Assembly (NCBI GenBank): GCA_011109175.1
Contig: RDEW01000062.1
Coordinates: 124,001 to 188,000, forward strand
Direction of reading: 5' to 3'
Length of the DNA: 64,000 nucleotides
Origin: Dicyema japonicum
Lineage: Eukaryota; Animalia; Dicyemida
The notes under the pieces are model-generated. The model did no database searches, was not told the origin of the DNA, and saw only the letters and a list, made by a program, of their open reading frames with translations. The position numbers were made by a program, and so were the translations under genes. Shown piece after piece: positions 54,601 to 64,000 of this stretch (its first letter is position 1; the number at the start of each line of letters is the position of its first letter).

Positions 54601-54679
54601 TAGAAATATTTTTATTAAACCACATTTTCTTATTTTTTTAAACTTTGAGATTAATAATAATTTATTTAATCACTTCAAT

Positions 54680-54790
54680 TCTCCAGAGGATCACTTGTTC
54701 ACTGCGTGCTTGTGTGAATCGAAGGAAGACCACCGGGCCAAGCTGAGATCCTTATTGAAATTCGTCGGGATCACATAATTTTTTGTTTTT
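54680..54790 (+). mobile_element. 'GIT*'-family 3' end in the EFHB/REV3L divergent intergenic region
   Basis: PEDHLFTACLCESKEDHRAKLRSLLKFVGIT*. Confidence 0.6.
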
Positions 54791-55234
54791 ATCTTTAACT
54801 GTGTCTTTGGAAATAAATTTCAATTTCATTCCCGATATAGTTATATTTGTTTTCAGTATTTTTTCTCTCGTGTGAAAAACAATTTTTTATTCTGTTTTTT
54901 GTTGATTCGGAATTTCACATGTGGATAGTTAACTTTGTCAAAAGCATAGTAAACATGTTGATACTATATCTCCATACTTACCAAACTGAGACAGATGATC
55001 ACATGAAGCCACTCTATCAGAAAGGGGAAAAAGAGGAACAACAGAAACAAACAGAGATCTTTAATCAAGTAGTCACGTGGAACCACGAGGCCTCATTCAA
55101 AAGATTTTATATGGAAATTTTCTGACAGTTTTTTTGTAATGAATAATTATTTTAAATTAAAATTCAATTTATTTTAAAAATTAAATTTAAAAATAACAAT
55201 GTTGCACAATCAAATAATATATTGACGTGGTGAA

Positions 55235-58200
55235 ATGGCCATGACTTTGTTAAAAATTCAGAATTCCCAAATAAAATCAATTAAAAATTATCATACAGAA
55301 ATTTCCGAGTTTACTTTATATCCTGTATGCCGTTTTTACGGATTTACTGACTGCGGTACTTTTAGATTAATAAAAATCTTCAGGACTTAGCATTTGCTGT
55401 CACGTTCATGGCTTATTTCCCTATTTATATGTTCTTTTGCCGAATGGCGAACCCGAAAATTTAATAAATGAACTGGCAGGCAAAATCGACAAATATTTAA
55501 GTGGTGGAAATTTCCGGAAATTTGTCTATAAAACTGAAATCGTGGAGTCTTATTCGATATATGGATTTTATCCACAAAAGAACAAATTTTTAAAAATTTA
55601 CTTTTATAATCCAAATACAATTTCCACGTATTATTTATATTTATTATAGTGTTGCATCTGCGTTGTCAGCAGGTGATATTACGAAAACTAAACTGCAACC
55701 TTTTGAAGCTCACATTCCATTTGCCTTACAAGTTTTTATATTCCTATTTCTTAAGGTTTGCATTGATTTGAAAATTTGTGGCATGTCAAGGATAGAGTTT
55801 GCCAATTTTACTGAAAGAAGCGGTATATCTGATTATTTATTTTTTAATTTAATTATTTTATACAATTTTCATTATTTTTATTTGATCTAATATTTTTATT
55901 ATGTTATTAAATATTACAATTTTGATAAAAATAGATAATTAATCAGAACACTTAATATTATTGCTGCTAACTATCAAGATCATGACAATCGCTCTCCCCT
56001 ACTTGGGAGAGTTATTTTTATTTTCTAATATTTTTTAAATAAAATTTTAAAAACAAAATATCAGGGAAGTTTTGCAAACGCTGCTGTCTATTCGAGCGAA
56101 TTTCACTCGCAATCCAGAGGGGAATAGCCACGCAGTTAAGGCTGTGGTCCTCTAACTCTATTTTTTTGTTTTAAAACCAAAATTACTTTAAAATTTAATA
56201 TTTTTTATTATATATTTTTTAAATATTTAAAATTTGTTTTTATATATATTAAATTAACTTGAAGTACTACCTAGGTGAAGTGTTGGTGAATAAGTGTAAC
56301 TTGGAAGACTGTATTTGTCAAAAGTTAAGTACATCAAAGCATTCTGCTTTAGAAAAACTATCAACTTGTGACATTGAAGTTGACGTTTTTTATAAAGATA
56401 TTGTTACAAATATTGATGGTAATTATTAACATACATTAAGACAATTCCGCTTTGGAAAAATTTTGTCAGAATTTGAGACTTCAATTCCCCGAAAAAAACT
56501 TGGAATCTTCGATGCCTGCTTCGAACGGTATTTTTCGATAAATAATACTTAGAGAGGCGGATATACAGAACGGATGAGTACTTTATTAAAAAATTGGCTG
56601 ATTTCATCTGTCAGTCTAAAAATTCGTCTCCTTCTCGCTCTCGTTATAAGGAATAATAAATGATAGTGACCTCTCAGGATTTTATTTTGGCTGCAAAAAT
56701 GGCAGAAATAGATGACCACATCAATGAAGAAAATTCTGATAATTCTAACGAAGAATTTGTGGAAGAAATGAATAAGTCGATGGTTGAGTTGTCCCCACCC
56801 TTCAAAAACTAACGAAGATGACATCAGAGATGAATTAAAGTTATCAAATTGTTACCGGACTACCATTCAGTCAGAATTAACTAATCTGAAAGGATTTGAT
56901 ATGGTTTTTATGTTTTTACCACTAAAGACCTTATTTGAACTAAAAAACCCGCCTAAATTTGAATTTGAAAGCAATATCGATTGCACGAGTAAATGTGACT
57001 TGCAAAATTGCCCGAAAATGTCTTTTGGTTCATTTTACAGTGCAATTGATCATAACTACACACTCGAGAAAGAATTCAGTCAAAATGACACCTTTTCAAC
57101 CGAATTTGATATCATGTTGAGCTTACTGTGTTTGGAAGTCTTTGCTGATAGTAGAAACGAGCTATCATCAAACCCACAACACGATTCTATCCGATTTGTA
57201 GTCTGTTATTTCAAAAGACGGACTCAAAAATCTCCAAATTTTACGATTTTTGCCTGCCAGGACGACCGATTGATCGAAAAATCCCGCTTAGGATTTAATG
57301 CGGCGGTTATGGTTGAAATGTTTTACTCAGAAGCTGAGCTTATAGAAGGGCTCGTGAGATATATTCTATTGTATTTTTAATAAAATAGTTTAGAATAGAT
57401 CCTGATCTCCTTGTTGGCTTTGAAACTGATAGATATTCTTGGGCCTATATCACTATGAGAGCTAAGGTGCTGAAAATTGACTTTATCGACCGAATTGGAC
57501 GAATAAGATCGACAAACACTTTCGCTGAGCGAAATCTGAGTGATGATGTCATTAATGGCCGGATTCTGCTTAATATATGGAGAATTATCAAACACGAGGT
57601 TTTAATTTGTATTAAATTTATTAAAATATCTATCATTATATTTATCAAATTTCCAAAATGTTATAAAATAGTAAGTAGCTTTCGTGATTTAGTGTCTGTA
57701 TTATTTCTACGGAAATGCGCTCAATCAGTCATCTTTTTCCCCTTGTCCCTCCTTTTTTGCTTTCAGCGATTTAATTTATTTATTTCCATTTTTTAAGAAA
57801 AATATGTTTATTTTTATTATTTAATTTTTAAAACATTTAATTTCAAGGAAGACTTGTTGAGTTATTCATTTGAAGAAGTCGTGAGGAAAATTTTAAAGAA
57901 GAATTTTCCTTCATTTACTCAAAAAACGCTGTTATCATTTTATCAAACCTCTACAAGGCTCAGGTTGCCATTTTTGTCTAAATTAGGCTAAACACTATCC
58001 AATATTTTATGAAGAAATGTGAATTAACCTTAGAGCTTATGGACAAGCTTTCCATCATTCAAAAAGCCGCAGAATTTTCCCGCGTTTATGGAATTGAATT
58101 TTACCACGTGTTATCACGTGGCTCACAAGTTTGAATCTAAGGTTATTTTTATAGTACAGAGTAGAGTCCATGCTGATTCGGTTGGCGAAATCTCTCAATT

Positions 58201-60666
58201 TTATATGCATGTCTCCGAACAGTCATCAAAGAGACAATTCCTGCAAACCTGAACACGTGCCTTTTGTATTTGAACCAATTCCATCATTTTATCGTGATCC
58301 TGTAGTTGTATTGGACTTTCAATCTTTGTATCCGTCCATTATGATTGCCTATAATTACTGTTATTCTACGTGTTTGGGGAAAGTGGACAACATTATTGCT
58401 TCAAAGTTTGTTTTTTCTGATTTTTTTAAATTTTAAAGCTTAGTTTTACTTTTAGTGGCAATGAATTTGCTTTTGGCTGCGGTTCTCTAAATCAGTCTAC
58501 ATCTGAACTGAAAAGGATTATTGACAGGATCACTGTTTCTCCCAGTGGAACAGCATTTGTTGACAAGTCTATTAGAAAGGGCTTGCTTCCTCAGTTAGAT
58601 ATGCATTTAATCACAGATTACTAGAAGAAATTTTAGAATGTAGAATTATGACTAAAAAGGCGGCAAAATACGTTGATCAAAATTCTGTTAGTTTTTTTAA
58701 TTATTTATTATTTTATTTATTTTTATCAACATTTTTATATATATTACCATTATTAATGCACTTTCGCTATGCCATGGTCGTCTTAAATAAAACTTCCTGT
58801 CCAGCCTAAGTAGAAGATAGTAGTGGCATTACTACTTCTCAATGATAAAGCCGTAAAAAAACTTACTCTAATTACGCTCAAAGGACGCAAAATTATTTTT
58901 TTACTGTTTAAAACCTCAAATTAATATTTAAACGTAAATTTATTTATTATTCTCCGCTATTCGTCAATTGCCTATCCTTAAAGGGCTCAAATCACATATT
59001 TAATCGTAAGATCTGGTATACTCTTACTATATATTTGAAATATTTTAATTTTTTAAAATGTATTTTTATTCTTATCATCATTTTAATAAATTATGCAAGG
59101 CCAAGTTTAACGCCTTGAATTTCCGTCAGCTTGCTCTGAAAATGATCGCCAATGTGACTTACGGGTACACAGCGGCAATTCATACAGGAAGAATGCCTTG
59201 TGTGGAAGTACTATTATAAAATTATATTTTATGTGAGCGACAGCATTGTAAGCAAAGCACGAGAAACTCTTGAACGAGCAATAAGATTGGTTGAGACGAA
59301 TTTCAAAGCACGTGTCATTTATGGAGACACTGATTCGCTGTTTGTTCTACTTGAAGGCAGTTCGCTTGAAAGAGCATACCAGATTGGGAACGAGATTGCT
59401 CAGGCTGTTACAGCTGAAAATCCTAAGCCAGTAAAGCTTAGATTTGAAAATGTAATAAATGACTTATTTTTAAGGTATACATGCCTTGTGTGCTACTAAA
59501 GAAGAAGAGATATGCTGGGTTTAAATTCCAGCCATTTTCTGACAGTCCTGGCAAGCTGGAAGCCAAAGGGATCGAGACTGTCAGACGGGATTCTTGTAAA
59601 TTGACATCAAAAGTTGTTTTTCCTTTGATTTTTAGATTCTAAAGACGGCGCTTAGTAATTTATTTGAGAATGGCCCTGAAATTGCCAAGAACTACGTAAA
59701 GAAGCAAATATTGAAAGTTCTTGAAGGGAGATGTGAATTTTCTGACTTTATCTACTGCAAGATTTTCCGAGGTTTTGATTTCTACAGTCCTCGTTCAAGG
59801 GTTCATGTGGTTGAGATTGCTAAGTAATGGATTTTTATATTTTTAGAAGAATGGAGGATAGAGATCCAATGAGTGTCCCCCTTAAAGGATCGCGTGTACC
59901 GTATGTAATTGTTGAAGGAAGAAGGGTAGAAAAATTGATTAATTTGGTTCGCCATCCTGAGGAGATAACGACCGGAAAAGTTATTCGTGTTAATATTGAC
60001 TATTATATTGAGAGAGGCCTATTACCTTCTCTTAATAGGGTATTTTCCCTTGTTGACATGAATGTATTTGAATGGTTAGTATTACTTATTCTAGTCCTAT
60101 GATTAGGTTTAAACTCACTATAAGCGGTTTGTAGTTATTTTTTACTCCAAACTTTTTGATAATTCTTATTTATCGCTTAAGAATTACAATTAAATTTAGA
60201 ATATATATTTTTTAAAGATTATATTTAAAGTACTAATAATTTAATAAAAATTATTTTTAGGCGTTCCGAGCTTCAACGACAATGCTTCGTACCAGAATCA
60301 CTAAGAAGGGTTTGTAATCTTAAAATAATGCTTGAAGGGTACTCTATTGGATTACTTTAAATATTCTCGTTGTTTGGCATGTCATTCGTTGGTTTTGGCT
60401 TCGAGATTCTGCAAGGATTGCAAGGACGATTCGGCGAGACTACAAAATGGAGTTTTGCTAAGATTTGGTGATTTAGAGTGGAAGAGACAGTCGATAAATG
60501 AAGTTTGCTCTTTGGCTAAGCATAGTTCTGCAAAAAGTGTTCTGGTGTTGATAATTCGAATGTTTGTTGTCAATCGTGGTTTTGTCCAATGAAGTTTAAA
60601 TTCCTCAAAAATGAGCATGACTATGATAAATTGAAGAATATAATTATTTCCCGTGATTTATTTTGA
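55235..60666 (+). CDS. REV3L: DNA polymerase zeta catalytic subunit, about 20 introns of which four are 186-452 nt
   Basis: HVHGLFPYLY, EAHIPF, STCDIEVD, SRGSQYRVES, VVVLDFQSLYPSIMIAYNYC, KMIANVTYGY, YGDTDS, KKRYAG, AKGIETVRRD, CysA (CLAC..CKDC) and CysB (CKKC..CQSWFCP). Confidence 0.95.
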
Positions 60667-60724
60667 TTTTATATTAAACTAATTTAATTTTATCATGAAT
60701 TACAATCAATAATTAAATTAAATT

Positions 60725-60900
60725 AACACAGCCAACCATCCAAGGTGGACCCCGCCAACTTCATCGACGCTGCATTGCCTCTCACGATTGCAACAGAAAT
60801 CAACTGGAGAAGCGGCCGGGTCTCACGTGTAGCTATGCGTCCAAGTTTCTTTAGGAAGCTAAGCGATTTTTCACTTATTCCTCCAGTTGTCTCGAACACG
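60725..60900 (-). mobile_element. CRE-like 3' end fragment
   Basis: Minus strand LQLISVAIVRGNAASMKL-type C-terminus; homologous to 63000-63060. Confidence 0.6.
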
Positions 60901-60949
60901 ATTAAATATTGTATATTAAAAGCTTTAGAAATTTTGAAGTTTTGAAATA

Positions 60950-62415
60950 CAGTAAACTCTCATTAATCTGAAATAAAATAATTGGATGCCTTTCGGATTG
61001 TGAAGGTTATCGGATTATGAAGGGAATAAATAATTAATTTCATTGTAGTTAATTTAATGTTTTCACACATGATAATAATCCTTCCATTTTAGCATCAATA
61101 ATTTCCTCGCCGACATTATAATCTTCACAAAGAATGACGATTTCGTTCTCGTCGAGCATTTCTGTTTGAGTTATTTCTTATTCATTAGCAATTTCAGTTC
61201 TTTTCGATTCCATTTAAAACAGGATTTTTGCATTATATCTTTATTAGCAAATTAATCAAGATATTTAATTGGCCTCAGTCTTTTTAAAAAGCAATTTTAT
61301 GGCCTTCTTTTACTTCGTGTGTGAGATACCATAATGATGGCTTTTCGTAAATCCACAAAAGATTCTTTTCAAATCAAGGATATATAATCTAAAGTTCTTG
61401 ATTATGCTTACATCCATGGTTGGAAGATGTGCAGTTGTGTTTTTTTTGAAAGGAATAAAATTTCAATTTTTAAAAATTTCGGTAAAACGTGGAGCATTAT
61501 CAATCAGTAAAAAGAACTTTTTTCCGTAACATTTTAATTCACCACTTGATGATGATGAAAATATTAAAAATTATGTTGTCATTCAAACCTTTTTTTTACA
61601 TAGTGCAATAATTTTCAATGTCAAAATCTTTTAAAAATCTCGGTCATTTAAAATTGCCAATAAAAAGGATTAATTTTTATTGTTCCAGTTTCATTAGAAC
61701 AAGAGCTATAGTATTTTCACTTTTGATTGCTTTATGCTATTTCTATCTTAAGATGAAATTGTTCCAGAAGGGTAAGATTGAAAAAAGAGTTCAGTTTCAG
61801 TCATGTTTAGTAATACGTCATGGTCAACCTCTTTTAACTAATCATATTTGTCTATTCAAATTAATTTCATCTTGTGTTAAGCTGTTAGCTTCTCCGTGAA
61901 GAACTTTTAGTTTAAGATTAAAGTTTCCTTTAAATCTGTGTAGCTTTTACTAATTTCAAAATCATTGATTCCAAGCTTTTCACCAAATACTTTAGCTTAT
62001 GAAATGATGATATCTTTAGTAATAAAACCATTAATTTTATCCACTCAACAAGTGAATTATCAAGTTGATGATGTTTACTACTTGGCCGTTTTGACTTGTT
62101 TATCGTAGTTTCACAGTTTTTCCAACTTTCAGAGTTTTTTAGAATTTCTGAAAGTGTAGAAATTCCCAAATAAGAGTTCATTTTTATTTCACAGATATGG
62201 GATAATTCTTTGAGACTCATATTTGATATATTTTTATTTCACAAATATTACTTTTTTCTAACAATTTGGTACTGTTAGATTTTAAATTTAAATGTAAATT
62301 CATCTGAATGTATGATAAAAACAAAATAAATTAATCCGAAATTTTTAATAAATGTCTTTCGGATTGCGGATTATAAAGTTTCGGTTTATGAAGTTCGATT
62401 AATGAGGGTTTACTG
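60950..62415 (-). mobile_element. pogo/Tigger DNA transposon, both ends present, transposase decayed
   Basis: TIRs CAGTAAACTCTCATTAATC (60950) and GATTAATGAGGGTTTACTG (ends 62415) with TA TSD; CENP-B HTH (QLDNSLVEW), HGEANS, KVLLLIDNAP. Confidence 0.9.
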
Positions 62416-62999
62416 TATTTATTTTCTACTTAAAATTATCTGCTAATCTATTTTTAGTTTCTCAAATTTTTAACTTTACAATTAACAGCGATTGTTTTAA
62501 TTTGGAAATTAATTTTAATTATAATTAATGGTCCCCTAGTAGTAACATGAGATTGTATTGTGAGCAAGTTTCTATAAAAACCATCAAAACGAGATATATT
62601 CAAGTGGATGACACTATACGGGAATATATTCAGACTATCGTGATAAGAAGATCTTTGAGAGTATGCGTGTGGAACGTAATATGGGTTGGCCACACCTGAC
62701 GACTCACAAGAAAGTGATGTCGATATTGAGAAGATTGACGAGACATGCTATTGGAAAATGCTGCTTGCTTGAGAGTCTGAATGAAAAAATTGTGGGAAAG
62801 AAAACTCAGCACGAGAAGGCCAAAACTATTTACTACGAAGATCCGGTAAGAGGATGGTATGGTTCAGTGGGGAGACGAATTAATTGAAATCAACTCTATT
62901 AATTCATTTTAATTAATTCTTTAAAATAAATTCGGTTTTTTAAAAACAAGAGCATTTATAAAGTTTTAGCTATTTATCCTAGCTGACATAATTAACGTG

Positions 63000-63200
63000 G
63001 TGTTCCCTCTCACGATAGCAGAAATCAACTGGAAGAACGATCGAGTTTTCCGGACGTCATTTAGTTAGTCCGACGTTCCTGTCTTTTTGAGAAAAAAAGC
63101 CCCGCATGTGAAGCAAAGAAACAAGGTTAGATGTCATTTTTTTCCATGCTCCCCTGTTCCTAGTCAAGGCTCTCGTGTTGTCCAGGTCGTCGGCATTTTT
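63000..63200 (-). mobile_element. CRE-like 3' fragment
   Basis: cctctcacgat..gcagaaatcaactgga shared with 60780. Confidence 0.55.
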
Positions 63201-63414
63201 AGATTTCTTTTTGATATTGACCAGGTTTTTTTGTAAACTATTGGCAGTGTTGTTCTAAAAAATTATACATTATCCATTCTTTGACGAGACAATCCTTTTG
63301 CTTTAATCGGTTCTTTTATATTGACGTGAATATTTCTATTCGCCTTTAACTGTTAGAAATACTCTTCCAGGAACTTTATTTCGATTTTAAATTTTAGCAG
63401 TAAAAATGACTTGA

Positions 63415-63610
63415 CGCTTTGCCTTGACTAGTGACGACATCATCAGTGAATAAATCACTGCGTGACTGGATTGTCTATCAAGGACATACACGCAACAAAA
63501 ATAAAACAAGTGAAGAGAGTTCCTTGGTTTCCCTCTACGATTAGTCATCATAACTGTTCTTTAAAGTCTGTGTCCTGCCTGAGCGAGCTATAGCTAATAT
63601 GGCTATTAGT
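63415..63610 (+). mobile_element. SINE body and tail copy (5'-truncated)
   Basis: agtgacg..catcagtg..tcactgcg..actggattgtcta..gtgaaga..ttccttggtt..ctacgattag homologous to 12450-12610. Confidence 0.7.
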
Positions 63611-64000
63611 AGAAGTGCAGTTTTTGACAATAAAAATCTTAGATTTTAATTTTAAAATTTTCTTATAACTAAAATCAAATATTCAAGTTTTAACGTTAAT
63701 TCTTAAATTATGTTTAAATATGTTAGCGCTGTAAATAATGAAGATGTGCATCAATTGTTTCAAATATTGTTAGAATGTCCTGTTCTCCGTTGATGACGAC
63801 TCCAATCTTTTTATCCATAAAATATTTCTATTTTATTAATTTAGTTTACTCTTAAATCTTTTTCATTTTCATTAAATTCGGCAAGTTGTTTATTTAAGGG
63901 ATATTCGAAATTTTTTGGATTCTGGACTAATCTTCGGGCAATGTAGCCAGATTCGGGTGGATTTGATCTCAAATTGTAACTTTTTCCAGTTATTGGGTCC

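Noticed and set aside
56061-56190. RNase P/MRP RNA in the REV3L intron (ggaagttttg pairing with caaaattact)
   Set aside because: The putative P4 pairing is AT-rich, and CR-IV/CR-V consensus and the P1-P3 domain were not convincing; kept only as a generic structured-RNA lead

Overview
AT-rich animal nuclear DNA with compact host genes scattered among heavily decayed transposons. Nearly all introns I could delimit are about 22-32 nt GT-AG. Together with ciliary genes (BBS5, EFHB) and a Wnt, this fits a miniaturised-intron, ciliated animal such as a dicyemid mesozoan (inference, not proven). About 13 host genes are supported: a Wnt9-like Wnt, ITFG2, BBS5, ARP3, an RRM/RE-rich SAFB-like protein, PSMA4, a small unknown membrane protein, MEMO1, RAB2, the alpha half of TFIIA-L, GPATCH11, EFHB and REV3L. 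Intergenic DNA holds CRE-, RTE-, Jockey/I- and R4-like LINE remnants, a tRNA-derived SINE family, and hAT, Tc1, pogo/Tigger and piggyBac relics. Top leads: (1) the Wnt has lost the Porcupine-acylated serine (CKCHGxSGSC became CTCYDMEEGC); (2) the TFIIA large-subunit gene encodes only the alpha part; (3) a CRE retroelement copy has a full twin-priming signature (TSD, 5' inversion, 60-bp overlap, A-tail); (4) oversized REV3 introns contain structured cores; (5) GC-AG and apparent GT-AT micro-introns; (6) a decayed 2A-like peptide ahead of a LINE endonuclease; (7) an R4-like element resembling a family I recall from microsporidia. Several single-base frame breaks in host genes sit in homopolymers and are probably assembly errors. 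All calls are by eye, with no database searches.
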